A stretch of DNA of 64,000 bases from positions 56,321 through 120,320 of the IMG/VR virus record IMGVR_UViG_3300008119_000003; one strand, written 5' to 3'. The notes beneath the pieces were generated by a model. The model did no database searches. It was not told the origin of the DNA and saw only the letters and a list, made by a program, of their open reading frames with translations. This DNA is from a virus. The translations under genes were made by a program, and so were the position numbers. Positions within the stretch are counted from its first letter, which is position 1. Every line of letters begins with the position of its first letter. Positions 26,665 to 36,938 of this stretch are shown here, piece after piece.

Positions 26665-26849
26665 TGAAGAATATAAAAAAACAAGATGCGGGCAAGAAGC
26701 CTAAATATGCTGCAGGAGGTTCTACTACTAGCAAGTTAGCTGGAATGTACGGTGATCCAAATAAAGTAACAAGAGGAGATGTTATTACCGCTGCTAAGAA
26801 AAATGCAGGTACTATGAAAAGAGGCGGTGGTGTAAAAAAGAAATGTTAA
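26661..26849 (+). CDS. small basic protein with YAAGG and MKRGG motifs
   Basis: 62 aa. Confidence 0.7.
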   Translation: MMKNIKKQDAGKKPKYAAGGSTTSKLAGMYGDPNKVTRGDVITAAKKNAGTMKRGGGVKKKC

Positions 26850-27115
26850 TGACTAAGAAAGCTAAAGTATCTGCAGGAGGCGAGAAGCACGTAGTCTATA
26901 AAAAGACTACTAAGAGAGGAGAAGGTAAGGTTGGTAATATTATGGTTAACCATCCTACCAAAGATAAAGGCGAATGGGATACTATAGATCTTACTAAAAA
27001 AGCTGGTGCAAAGACAGTACGTGAAGGAGTAGCAGCTACAAAGAAATGGCATAAAGAAAACCCTTATCCTAAAGACAATGGCAAAAAGTCCGGCATGGCA
27101 AAGAAAAGAAGGTAA
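26846..27115 (+). CDS. small basic protein; the in-frame ATG is at 26849
   Basis: About 88 aa, Lys-rich, ATG overlapping the upstream stop. Confidence 0.6.
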   Translation, partial: LMTKKAKVSAGGEKHVVYKKTTKRGEGKVGNIMVNHPTKDKGEWDTIDLTKKAGAKTVREGVAATKKWHKENPYPKDNGKKSGMAKKRR

Positions 27116-27326
27116 GGCTCCAAGCGGAGGCCTTAACGCTAAAGGGCGTGCTTCTTATAATAGAGAAACTGGTGGGAACCTAAAAGCCCCACAACCAGAA
27201 GGCGGTTCTAGAAAGAAATCTTTCTGTGCTCGCATGTCTGGTATGAAAAAGAAACTAACCTCTTCAAAAACGGCTAATGATCCTGATAGCAGAATCAATA
27301 AGTCACTTAGAAAATGGAAATGCTAA
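27078..27326 (+). CDS. DUF6321-like basic phage protein
   Basis: MAKSPAWQRKEGK..GGLNAKGRASY...RKKSFCARM...SRINKSLRKWKC. Confidence 0.75.
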   Translation: MAKSPAWQRKEGKAPSGGLNAKGRASYNRETGGNLKAPQPEGGSRKKSFCARMSGMKKKLTSSKTANDPDSRINKSLRKWKC

Positions 27327-27338
27327 AACTATAATACT

Positions 27339-27539
27339 ATGATGAAAGGTTGTGCAAAATGCGGAGGATCCTATAAGAGAGGAGGAAGTCATCCGGGATT
27401 TAAAGCAGTACAAGCAGGTATTGCAAAAAAGCAAGGAGTATCTAAAGAAGCTGCTGGAGCTATCTTAGCTTCTGCTGCTCGTAAGGCATCTTCTGCTGCT
27501 AAAAAAGCTAATCCTAAATTGAAACGCGTTAAAGGATAA
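27339..27539 (+). CDS. small basic protein
   Basis: 66 aa with YKRGG and ASSAAKKANPKLKRVKG. Confidence 0.7.
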   Translation: MMKGCAKCGGSYKRGGSHPGFKAVQAGIAKKQGVSKEAAGAILASAARKASSAAKKANPKLKRVKG

Positions 27540-28246
27540 TGAATAACACTACTCTACAGCTTAAGATTAAGCAAAGACTTAACAAGCTTGCTAGTAACGA
27601 TTACGATAATTTCGAATGCTGGCAAATTGTAGAGGCTTTTAATAAAGCGCAGATTCAATGGGTTCGTCGTCAACTTATCGGAATGAATGCCGAAAAGCAA
27701 GGAGATGAACAATCTACTCGTAAAGTAGATGACCTTCAGAACTTATTAAAAGAAGTTTCAGTAGAGCTTTATCAAAAAAATCTTTACCAGGAAACAGAGC
27801 TTCTTCCTGCAGACTATTTACAGTTTAAACGTATTGATGCTAATGCTAGAAAAGGATGCTGCGAAGATCCTCAGAGCATAACTGTTACGTATTTAGCGGA
27901 AGAACAGAACGTTCCTGTTTATCTACAGGATTACTTACGTAAACCTAGTTTTGAATGGGGAGAAACTTTCTGTACTCTTGTTGGAGATAAAGTACGTATA
28001 TATAATGACAATGATTTTGAAGTTGTTAACTGTTATTTGATGTATTATAGAAATCCAGTTATGATTCAAATCGCGGGTTGTACTGACCCGTATACCCTAC
28101 AAGTATCTGCCGCTGATGTTATTTGCGAATTTGCAGATAATATAATTGAAGTACTTATAGACGAAACAGTACAAGTACTTGCAGGAGATATTGAATCGAT
28201 GAATCAGTATTCTATTGCTAAATCATCTGGAGAAGAAAACACATAA
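27539..28246 (+). CDS. head-tail connector/ring-like protein
   Basis: 235 aa; FNKAQ...DDLQNLL...LPADY...YYRNP resembles adaptor rings; supported by synteny. Confidence 0.6.
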   Translation: MNNTTLQLKIKQRLNKLASNDYDNFECWQIVEAFNKAQIQWVRRQLIGMNAEKQGDEQSTRKVDDLQNLLKEVSVELYQKNLYQETELLPADYLQFKRIDANARKGCCEDPQSITVTYLAEEQNVPVYLQDYLRKPSFEWGETFCTLVGDKVRIYNDNDFEVVNCYLMYYRNPVMIQIAGCTDPYTLQVSAADVICEFADNIIEVLIDETVQVLAGDIESMNQYSIAKSSGEENT

Positions 28247-28258
28247 TAACTAGAAATA

Positions 28259-28780
28259 ATGGCTGAACAACCAAGAAATTTACTAAAGCGAAATCCTGAA
28301 CCTGTTAAAAAACTTAGCAGACCTGAGGTTGCTGTAACACAGCCTAAAGAGGAGCCGGCAAGACCGCAACCTACCGCTGATACTGGAGTAGGGGGTAGTT
28401 CACTTGATAATATGACTGCTGCATGTGCAACAGAAATGATGAATGCTGCCGTAAGTTTTCACAGATTACATTTAAAGATAAAGGGTGACGGTTCTTATGC
28501 TGCTCACAAAGCTCTTGGTGATTTTTATGACGGACTACACGGACATGCTGATACTCTTGTAGAAAGTTATCAAGGCGCTGCCGAAAAACTTTTATCCTAC
28601 AAAGACATGCCTATACGTACCTTAGATACTGTAGCGGATGCTGTAGCTTATCTTAGAGATATGTATAACTCTATTAGTAAACTTCAAGGCATGTTGCCTT
28701 ATTCAGAGATAGTTAATAACCTTGACTTAGTTAAGGATGCTATAAACTCTGCTAAATACAAACTACTTTTCTTGAAATAA
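28259..28780 (+). CDS. ferritin/Dps-like four-helix-bundle protein with Pro-rich N-terminal extension
   Basis: HRLHL...SYAAHKALGDFYDGL...DTLVESYQG...KYKLLFLK. Confidence 0.8.
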   Translation: MAEQPRNLLKRNPEPVKKLSRPEVAVTQPKEEPARPQPTADTGVGGSSLDNMTAACATEMMNAAVSFHRLHLKIKGDGSYAAHKALGDFYDGLHGHADTLVESYQGAAEKLLSYKDMPIRTLDTVADAVAYLRDMYNSISKLQGMLPYSEIVNNLDLVKDAINSAKYKLLFLK

Positions 28781-28844
28781 TTTGGAAGGAATAAAAACTT
28801 TCCTTATATTAACTATATATTTATAACCCTTAAAAACAAACAAC

Positions 28845-30860
28845 ATGGCTTATTTTAATCATGCGTTCCAGAAAGCGTTCATCGGAACAAGCGCTTTCAA
28901 CATGAATGCTAGCAGCTCTAACGTAGCACCATATGTGTCTGCGGCTGGAGCAACATCGTCCGGGACCACCATTACGGTTGGTTCAACCACTAACCTTACT
29001 GTTGGTATGCAGGTAACTGTAACAGCGGGTCTTGGTAATTTTGGCGTAGGTACATTTGTAACTGCAATTGTATCTGCTACAGTATTTACTGTTAACGTTG
29101 CTCCAGTTGTAGCCCTTTCAGGCGGTGCTTCTGTAGTTAGCGGTTTCTTCTCAAGTATGTCTCAGCCTACTGGCGGATTTACTTTTGTTGATCCTAACAC
29201 TTTGCAAACTCCAATTATTGACAACGCTACCATTGCTTCACACGGTCTTAAGTGTCCACTTGTATTAGCTTCTGGTTCTGTTCACGGACAATGGACCGCA
29301 GGTAAAGACAAAGTTGGTCCTTTCCACGGTGGATATTCTGAGTCTATCAAGTCTAAGACTATTAACCCTAAATATGTTAGCAACTTCTACCGTGTAGATT
29401 CTTGCCCAGCGCAACAAGCTCAAGTAACTGTAGGTTTGACTACTAGTACTCCAATTGTTCTTACAAGTGTTTCATCTTCTTCTACAACTATTACAGTATC
29501 TTCTACTGCTGGTATCTTACCAGGTATGACAATTGCTGTTGTATCAGGAACAGGTACTCTTGCTACTTCAGTAAATGCTAACGTTGTACAAGCTGTAACT
29601 GGAACAACTACATTTACAATTTTAACTGCTCCAACTGTAGCATTAAGTTCTGCAACAATCTCTGTATCTAGCGCTCTTACTGCAACTTGTCCACAAGAAT
29701 ACTTGTGCGGAGAGACTTATAGCTTGCGCGTTGACCTTAAAGGTTCTCCAGCATTGCGTTTCTTAACTCGTAACTCTTACTATACAGCTTCTGCTTATAC
29801 CGGATGTTGCCCAACAGGTTCTCTTGCTCCAACAGCTGTTAACCCATTGATTGTTTACGTTAACTGGGCTTACCAATTGTTGAACTCTCCTTTGATCGGC
29901 CCATTCATTCAAGTACAAGTTACTTACTCTACTGACTTAGGTGTAACATTTGCAGCTCTTGGTGACGGTACTAACTCTGCTGCTAACTTAGCTTTATTGC
30001 AAAGTTATGTACTAGGTAATACTGCTCTTCCAAGTAATACTACTTCAGCAAGTTTGACTCAAGCTGGTATCATTATCAATGGTGCTTATGCTGATACTCG
30101 TTTCTTAGATTGTACTTTCTACCCTAACGATTCTATTATTGCATTCTTGGAGCCAATTCAAGTTTATGCTTCTGAAGTAGATTTGAACGGAGATCCTTGT
30201 ACTTTCTCTGGAGTTTGTGTAAACAACAGCTGTAAAGCTATCCAACAAAAAGGAACTGGTGAGAACATCATCCGTAGCGTAATCATGACGCAGGCTTATA
30301 GCCAAGATCCTTTCTACAATGGTCAAGATCTACGTATTCGTGAGATTACTAACGGTAATGACGTTTACGGTACTATTAACCGTAACTCTCAGTACTCTCG
30401 TTACTACTTACAACACAGCGTACCACGTTTCAACAATCCTACTGGAACATTTGATAACGAACAGTACTTGTTGGAAATCATTGCTCCCGCTACCGTAAGC
30501 TTAACTACTAGCGCATCTGTTGCTACTGGTGCTCAGAACTTAACTGCAAGTAACATCATTAACTTCACTACTAGCGGTGTAGTAACTGGTTATGTAGCAA
30601 CAATTACTTACTTCCCTCCTGGATCAACTACAACAGCTACTATTACTGGTACTGTTACGGTTAGTGCAGGTAACATAGCAATTACAGTAGCAACAGCTGC
30701 TATTCCTGCTGGATCAGTAATTACTTTCCAAGCTGCATTTACTAAGAACTTTGAAGACTTCACAAACCGTTGGATTGCGAATGCTCAAGGAGCTTCATGT
30801 GTTGCACTAAACGTGCATAACTGCCCAGTAGCTTGTGCTGTAATTCCTGCTAACCCATAA
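28845..30860 (+). CDS. abundant virion protein (auxiliary capsid-like) with inserted beta repeats
   Basis: 671 aa with capsid-like codon bias, its own promoter and terminator, and two about 70-aa T/S/V-rich repeats. Confidence 0.65.
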   Translation: MAYFNHAFQKAFIGTSAFNMNASSSNVAPYVSAAGATSSGTTITVGSTTNLTVGMQVTVTAGLGNFGVGTFVTAIVSATVFTVNVAPVVALSGGASVVSGFFSSMSQPTGGFTFVDPNTLQTPIIDNATIASHGLKCPLVLASGSVHGQWTAGKDKVGPFHGGYSESIKSKTINPKYVSNFYRVDSCPAQQAQVTVGLTTSTPIVLTSVSSSSTTITVSSTAGILPGMTIAVVSGTGTLATSVNANVVQAVTGTTTFTILTAPTVALSSATISVSSALTATCPQEYLCGETYSLRVDLKGSPALRFLTRNSYYTASAYTGCCPTGSLAPTAVNPLIVYVNWAYQLLNSPLIGPFIQVQVTYSTDLGVTFAALGDGTNSAANLALLQSYVLGNTALPSNTTSASLTQAGIIINGAYADTRFLDCTFYPNDSIIAFLEPIQVYASEVDLNGDPCTFSGVCVNNSCKAIQQKGTGENIIRSVIMTQAYSQDPFYNGQDLRIREITNGNDVYGTINRNSQYSRYYLQHSVPRFNNPTGTFDNEQYLLEIIAPATVSLTTSASVATGAQNLTASNIINFTTSGVVTGYVATITYFPPGSTTTATITGTVTVSAGNIAITVATAAIPAGSVITFQAAFTKNFEDFTNRWIANAQGASCVALNVHNCPVACAVIPANP

Positions 30861-30875
30861 GGTTAACTAATATTT

Positions 30876-30914
30876 AAAAAAAAGGGGAGGGACAAAAATC
30901 CCCTCCCTTTTTTT
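30876..30914 (+). terminator. bidirectional intrinsic terminator
   Basis: A run, GGGGAGGG...CCCCUCCC stem, U7. Confidence 0.85.
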
Positions 30915-30946
30915 ATTTTTACACTATATCTTTGTAACTTAGTACT

Positions 30947-31519
30947 ATGGCACAACACCTATTATCTTTAGATATTCCAGATACGTTAACTACTTGCGTA
31001 ATACGTATAGTAGACACAAGTACGTATAATATTAACGTACCTATTGAATGCCCTCGTTTAGAGATTACTTGCCCTGGTTTTACTACGGCTTCTGTATTTG
31101 AAGATCTTGGTACTGTTAGCACTACAAGTAGTTTTGATGTTAATATTACAGCCTGCGGCTTAGATACACAAACTACTAATTGTGATAGTTACAGAAACAA
31201 TGTTACAGATGGGGTTTATGTTATCAGATATAGCGTAGCCCCACACCAATTAGTTTTTGTGGAATATAACCATCTGAGAACAACAGATGCAATGAATAAA
31301 ATCAACGAACTTCTATGCTGCCTAGATGTTCCTAATTGTGAGCCTCAAGCTCCAATTAAAGCTAAGTTACAAGAAGTGCAACTTCTTACAACTATGCTTA
31401 AAGCAGCAAAAGCTAAAGTAGAATATTGCCATGAGCCTTCACAAGGTATGGCTATTTATAATTACGTAATTACAAGATTAAATAAATTATCTTGTGGATG
31501 CGGATGTGGAACATGCTAA
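30947..31519 (+). CDS. Cys-rich tail hub-like structural protein
   Basis: LEITCPGF...DGVYVIRYSVAP; ends CGCGCGTC. Confidence 0.6.
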   Translation: MAQHLLSLDIPDTLTTCVIRIVDTSTYNINVPIECPRLEITCPGFTTASVFEDLGTVSTTSSFDVNITACGLDTQTTNCDSYRNNVTDGVYVIRYSVAPHQLVFVEYNHLRTTDAMNKINELLCCLDVPNCEPQAPIKAKLQEVQLLTTMLKAAKAKVEYCHEPSQGMAIYNYVITRLNKLSCGCGCGTC

Positions 31520-31541
31520 TTTTTTTAAAAACCAATATATT

Positions 31542-31694
31542 ATGTCAATAGCAAAATGTTCAAACTGTGGAAACGCTATGTCTTGCGGATGTCAAAGAAG
31601 AGTAACAGCTGACGGAAGACAAGGATGTACGAATTGTATTAACCAATTACAGGCTCAGCCCGCCCCAAGGCCTGCTCAGCCGCAAAAAAATTAA
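31542..31694 (+). CDS. 50-aa Cys-rich micro-protein; start reassigned
   Basis: MSIAKCSNCGNAMSCGCQ...GCTNC with an AAAAACCAA leader. Confidence 0.65.
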   Translation: MSIAKCSNCGNAMSCGCQRRVTADGRQGCTNCINQLQAQPAPRPAQPQKN

Positions 31695-31697
31695 AGA

Positions 31698-34559
31698 ATG
31701 GCATTATTTGGTAAAACGTATTTAACAGGAGATAGCGGCCTTTTTAGAGTTTATAACCATTCTACTGAGTTATGGACAGACTATAGTGGCTTTACATCCG
31801 TAGATCTTTATGATGTTAAAACTGATAAGTTTTATCTAAATCCTGATTATGCTATTATATGTGGCGTAAATTATATTGGCTATACGAGTAATGCTGGAGC
31901 ACTAGTTACACAAGTAACTCCACCTGTAGGTAGTATTACATCGGCTTACCAAATATCTATTCCTGAAGGAACCATACCAGGTACTACCTTATATCCCCCA
32001 GCTATCTATATAGCCGGTAGCAGAACAGCGGGTTTACCAGGAGTAATAAAATCTACAGACGGCGGCCTTACTTATACAATTGTAACAGGAGGCTTAAATA
32101 TACTATTTGGTAATACTGCTAGAAGTATATATTTTTCAAGTGCTGATTATGGAATTCTAGGTCATGGCGGAGCAATTGCTTTTACAGTAAATGGAGGAGC
32201 CAGCTGGTCATATTTAAATGGAGGTTTAGTTCTTGCTGTTGGTGAAACTGTATCAGGCTTATTAATGAGTCAGGATCAGCAAACTATTATTGCAGCAACT
32301 GATAAAAAAATATATAGGAGTACAAACGGTGGAACAAGCTTCTCAGTTGTATATACCTGGGTAGATCCTGATTATTACACGGTATCTCCAAAATACACTA
32401 CTCTGACGCAATATAATATTAACGGTGGCGAATTAGATAATAATTCGCACATATGGGTATCAGGAGGAAACGGTCCTATATTATACAGTTCAGACATTGG
32501 AGTAACGTGGTCAACAGTATTTCCTGGACAAACTATTGGTGATGATAATCGACAGATGTTTGGTGCAAGTTTTTATTCTCAAAATGAAGGATTTTTTACA
32601 TATGATAAACCAGCCGACTCTCTAGGTCTTGTTTATAAAGCAACTAATGCGAATACATCAATTTCAACAACATCCTCTAATGTATATTTTCCAGATTATG
32701 ACAACGGTTACTCTTTATGGACTACAAAACTAATAGAGGGTTGTGGATGTGAACCTGGATTCTTTTGGGATGAAGCTTCTCAACAATGTATTACACATAC
32801 CCCAATGTGCCCAGAGGGTATGATTTATAATCCAGATAATGATCAATGTGAAGGCACAATTCCAGGATGTGAGACAGACATAGCGATAGTTATAGATGTA
32901 TCAGGATCAATCAGCCTAACTGAAATGCCGGAGTATAAGAATATGCTTCGCGGTATTATAGACGGTCTAGAAATGGGCTATGATATTAATGGTAATTTAA
33001 ACACTATTGCTAATAGTCTGGGAAGAATTACTTCTGGAGAAATTAGAGTAGGGCTAGTATTTTTTGCAACTGATACATCTACTCCTGTTGGTGGAGTTAG
33101 TTTAAATTATGGTCCTGCCGCATGGCAAGCAGGTGGAGCTAATAACTCTCCCGCAGGTACCGTAGCTAATCCTGGATCTCTTAAAGCTGCAATTAATAGC
33201 ATGGGGATTCCACCTAGTAATATAAGTAATATTCCACCTGATAGTATAGACCCATATGGGATACCTTATACTGAGGGTATTTTATTTACAAACAGCTTTG
33301 CTGGTTTAGGCAGGGGCTATGATGTCGTATGGGGATTTAATAGTCGATCTGGGGCAAATAAAAAAATATTATTTGTAACAGATGGTTGGCCAAATTATAT
33401 TAATCCTACCGCTTTATTAAGCAATTATGGAGTAACGCTCCCCCCTATAATAACATCCTTTGGTACAACTCCGGGACTTCCTGTATGCGGGGCAGACGGT
33501 ACAAATGATATTAATAGCGTTATCCAAGCCACTTATCAAGAAAGAAGACTTGCTGATTACATTGCTACAATGGATTTAGCTCAGGAAATTAAGGCGGGTA
33601 CAGCTAGTACAGCTACGGGAGCATCTGCTGGAGCTACAGATATAACATTAATAATTACTGGAGAAACACTAGAACAAAATGTTACTAAAGCAGCTTTTGT
33701 TGGAATAGACCCAACTGATTCAGGAACAGCATGTTATTTAGATACATCATCTATTTTCGGAGTTGGCTACGATTCAAATAAAGATAATGCTGGAATAGAT
33801 GTTGCCTCCCCTATAAATGTAGGCGACTGTCCGAGTTGGAATGGTAGCTATACAACATGGGATAAATTCCCAAGCAATGCTGTTTCTGGCTTACCGGATT
33901 ATTTCCAAGTAGATCTTATACCTAGCGCCTATGCTAATATAGGATCTTTTATAGCACCGTCTTTAATTTGTGCTACTACAGCTTCTGCTCTTACTTGCAC
34001 AAATCCTTGTCAAATAGTACAGGACCCTACAACAGCCGTTTATTATTGCGACTGCGTATCTACTACGCCTTTTAATACTTGCTGCTATGATTTAATCAAT
34101 TGCGCTGATAATACTGTTTACGCATCCGTAAATACTACTGGTCAGAGCGTTGATTTTATGGCTCAGTTTATAGGTCAATATATATTTATAGAAGGAGTTG
34201 CGGCATGTCTTTATGTAACGTTAAATAGCGGATGCACAAGCTCTACTACATTAAATGTTACTGTAGACCAAATTACCGCATATGTAGACTGCGTAAGTTG
34301 TAACGAAGTTGAGGAAGTTGACCCTTACTATAACTTATATAATTGCTCAGATCCAGGTACTGTGGTATTTCAGACTACTACGGATTTGTCATCTTATATA
34401 ACAGATGGAGCAAATGAAATGACCCCTATATTAACTTTTGTAGAGTACCCTGATTTATGTTTTACTGTAGAACAAACATTTACATTCCTCCCTCAAGTTG
34501 ATGTAACTGTAGATGTAGCTTATAACGATTGTCCAACCTGTTTATCTTATCTCTGCTGA
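31698..34559 (+). CDS. tail fibre/adhesin: BNR beta-propeller, Cys module, vWA, Cys repeats
   Basis: Asp-boxes (STDGGLTY, TVNGGASW, STNGGTSF, SSDIGVTW), CPEGMIYNPDNDQC, DIAIVIDVSGSI (MIDAS) and FVTDGWPN. Confidence 0.75.
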   Translation: MALFGKTYLTGDSGLFRVYNHSTELWTDYSGFTSVDLYDVKTDKFYLNPDYAIICGVNYIGYTSNAGALVTQVTPPVGSITSAYQISIPEGTIPGTTLYPPAIYIAGSRTAGLPGVIKSTDGGLTYTIVTGGLNILFGNTARSIYFSSADYGILGHGGAIAFTVNGGASWSYLNGGLVLAVGETVSGLLMSQDQQTIIAATDKKIYRSTNGGTSFSVVYTWVDPDYYTVSPKYTTLTQYNINGGELDNNSHIWVSGGNGPILYSSDIGVTWSTVFPGQTIGDDNRQMFGASFYSQNEGFFTYDKPADSLGLVYKATNANTSISTTSSNVYFPDYDNGYSLWTTKLIEGCGCEPGFFWDEASQQCITHTPMCPEGMIYNPDNDQCEGTIPGCETDIAIVIDVSGSISLTEMPEYKNMLRGIIDGLEMGYDINGNLNTIANSLGRITSGEIRVGLVFFATDTSTPVGGVSLNYGPAAWQAGGANNSPAGTVANPGSLKAAINSMGIPPSNISNIPPDSIDPYGIPYTEGILFTNSFAGLGRGYDVVWGFNSRSGANKKILFVTDGWPNYINPTALLSNYGVTLPPIITSFGTTPGLPVCGADGTNDINSVIQATYQERRLADYIATMDLAQEIKAGTASTATGASAGATDITLIITGETLEQNVTKAAFVGIDPTDSGTACYLDTSSIFGVGYDSNKDNAGIDVASPINVGDCPSWNGSYTTWDKFPSNAVSGLPDYFQVDLIPSAYANIGSFIAPSLICATTASALTCTNPCQIVQDPTTAVYYCDCVSTTPFNTCCYDLINCADNTVYASVNTTGQSVDFMAQFIGQYIFIEGVAACLYVTLNSGCTSSTTLNVTVDQITAYVDCVSCNEVEEVDPYYNLYNCSDPGTVVFQTTTDLSSYITDGANEMTPILTFVEYPDLCFTVEQTFTFLPQVDVTVDVAYNDCPTCLSYLC

Positions 34560-34561
34560 TT

Positions 34562-35419
34562 ATGATTGTAATGTGCTGTTTAAAAGCAATTAATTGCGAT
34601 ACCGGAGCTGTAGTATGGATCAATATTGGTCCAGAAGGAGCACCATCATATATTGCATGGGATGCTGAAATTGGTAATAACTTTACCACAACTGATCCCT
34701 TACTACCAGGAACCTGGATAGTAGATTCAATCTGCTGCAGCGGCAGCTGTCCAGGTTATTTAACAAACTGTCAAGTAGGGGCAATTGTAATAGATCTTTC
34801 TTCTGTAACTTTTGGTGCAGCCGGTTGCCCTGTGGCAAGTATCCAATTACTTAATTGTCAAGACGGTACATCATTATTTGTTGACGGTATTGATTTTAGT
34901 TATGTAGGTTCTGTAATAACTATTGAAGAATATCCCGGTTGTTGGGAAGTTATAGATGCTGCGGTTGTACCTGATGAAACAGTAACATTCTTAAATGGAT
35001 TTACAGATTGTACTTGCTGTTTAGGGGAAGTATATCCGCCACCGCCGCCACCTCCTCCTCCGCCACCGCCAGATCCAGAGATAGATCCAGAACCACCTGT
35101 AATAGTAGTAGTTCCTGGACCTGGAGCTGTAGCACAGGAAGTATCGGAACTTCAAGCAGCAACTACTCCTGCATCACCTAGATTATTTTATCAGGTTACA
35201 CAAGGAGCATGTGATATTAAGGCTAATGTTAAGTTTGCTAATGGTTATTATAAGCTATTCTTAGGTCTTAAGAATGGATACGGTAACTGTTGCGATACGA
35301 TCGACCTAGATAAACTATGGATTAAGAAAGAACAATCTGACTATTCCGTAATGAATGATCCAAATGCTTGTAGCACGCCTGCAGAGGTAACGCCAATTAT
35401 TTGCCCAGAACCTAGCTAA
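34562..35419 (+). CDS. Cys-rich structural protein with a 12-Pro linker; start reassigned to about 34562
   Basis: CCLKAINC...FTDCTCC, with Pro12 at 35036-35071. Confidence 0.7.
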   Translation: MIVMCCLKAINCDTGAVVWINIGPEGAPSYIAWDAEIGNNFTTTDPLLPGTWIVDSICCSGSCPGYLTNCQVGAIVIDLSSVTFGAAGCPVASIQLLNCQDGTSLFVDGIDFSYVGSVITIEEYPGCWEVIDAAVVPDETVTFLNGFTDCTCCLGEVYPPPPPPPPPPPPDPEIDPEPPVIVVVPGPGAVAQEVSELQAATTPASPRLFYQVTQGACDIKANVKFANGYYKLFLGLKNGYGNCCDTIDLDKLWIKKEQSDYSVMNDPNACSTPAEVTPIICPEPS

Positions 35420-35447
35420 TTAAATAAAAATTTTGTAAATTATATAT

Positions 35448-36926
35448 ATGGCACTTCCATTAGAACCTACGAATACACAGAGAAGCTGTACGCCTATCTC
35501 TAGTAACTGCGTTACCTGGCAAGGTCCAGATATCTCATGTATAAACTTATGCAGAGGAGATAGTATCTCCGACGTAACATATAAGATGGCTGTACAGTTA
35601 TGTACTCTTCTTGATGATTTAAAAGTATCAGGATTTGACGTAGATTGTTTCCCTCCTATTTCACCAAAACCGGAGAGTGTAAAAGACATTATTCAGTTTA
35701 TCTTAGACCAGATTTGTATTTTACAGGGTAATACACCTACGCCTTCAACAACAACTAAGGCAAGTGTTGTAAGTACTGAGCTAGTTCCTGTTCCAGCATG
35801 TTTACAATTTCCTAATCCATTAGGCGATATGGTAGTTCAGCTACCCGTATACGATTTTGCTACGCTTATTGGTAATACTGTTTGTGGAATCATAGATGGT
35901 ACAGTAACTATAAACAGAACCCTTTCTGTACACACTAAAGAGATTAGTTCTATATCACAAGTTGTATTTCCAGCAGGGGGATTAGTTAAATCTGTAAAAG
36001 ATCAGATAATTATTCCTGAAGGCGCATGCACACTACCTGGTAGCACTAATATTCCTATAGTAGATTTTATTGAAGTATTTGAAGCAGACTTTTGTGCTTT
36101 ACAAAATGCTACAGGAGACATTAATGCTATTAACTCGGCTATTAGCCAACAATGTATTAATCTTGATACTTCACCTACCTTAAGTAATCCTAAAATCTCT
36201 ATGGCCGGTTTACCAGGATGGTTAGGCGCAGGAGATGTTAATACTATGGCAGCAGCCGTAAATAACCTATGGGTTACTTTATGCGATATGCGTTCTGCTT
36301 TACAAAACGTAGTTACAAATTGCTGCAACACTAGTTGTGATGCTGTTGAAATTAGGATGGATGCATCATTTGATAGCCCTAATATCGACCTTGCATTTAC
36401 AGGATCAGTAGGATCTTTTGTAGACTGTTTTGCAGACGGTATGTTTGTTACTATTACAGATGCCTTTGGTTTGACTTACACTGAGCAAGTTTCAGTAATT
36501 CCTAGTCTTGGTGGATCTGTTCAAAGTATCGATTTATCATCTAGCCTACTAAACTTATATACAGACTATACCGTTAAACTAGATGTATGTGCTTCTAATG
36601 GAGATATTACATGTAACAAGTGTTTAACAGTAGGAGTAGAGAATTCTAATACTTGTCCAGCTATGAGCTACTCTATAGGATCACCTTATGATTACATAGA
36701 CTTTAGCTTTACTAATGCTATTGCCGGAGGTGTAACATACATTGTAGAATGTTGGAATAGCGGTATAACTGCTGTAGTAACAACTGCTACTATTGTAAAT
36801 CCATCGACAGGTACTGTAAGCGGAAGACTGGAGGGGCTTGCTGGTACAACATACCAGGTTAGAGTAAGAGTTATTATAGGCGGTCTTATCAAAGACTGTG
36901 ATTATCAAACAGTAGTGGTCGACTAA
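35448..36926 (+). CDS. Cys-rich fibre-like structural protein with Ig/FN3-like C-terminus
   Basis: SSNCVTWQGPDISCI; ends TYQVRVRV. Confidence 0.65.
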   Translation: MALPLEPTNTQRSCTPISSNCVTWQGPDISCINLCRGDSISDVTYKMAVQLCTLLDDLKVSGFDVDCFPPISPKPESVKDIIQFILDQICILQGNTPTPSTTTKASVVSTELVPVPACLQFPNPLGDMVVQLPVYDFATLIGNTVCGIIDGTVTINRTLSVHTKEISSISQVVFPAGGLVKSVKDQIIIPEGACTLPGSTNIPIVDFIEVFEADFCALQNATGDINAINSAISQQCINLDTSPTLSNPKISMAGLPGWLGAGDVNTMAAAVNNLWVTLCDMRSALQNVVTNCCNTSCDAVEIRMDASFDSPNIDLAFTGSVGSFVDCFADGMFVTITDAFGLTYTEQVSVIPSLGGSVQSIDLSSSLLNLYTDYTVKLDVCASNGDITCNKCLTVGVENSNTCPAMSYSIGSPYDYIDFSFTNAIAGGVTYIVECWNSGITAVVTTATIVNPSTGTVSGRLEGLAGTTYQVRVRVIIGGLIKDCDYQTVVVD

Positions 36927-36938
36927 TAAACTAAAAAT

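Noticed and set aside
34529-34571. Programmed frameshift joining the 953-aa and 296-aa ORFs
   Set aside because: An ATG 2 nt after the stop explains the junction, and no slippery sequence is evident.
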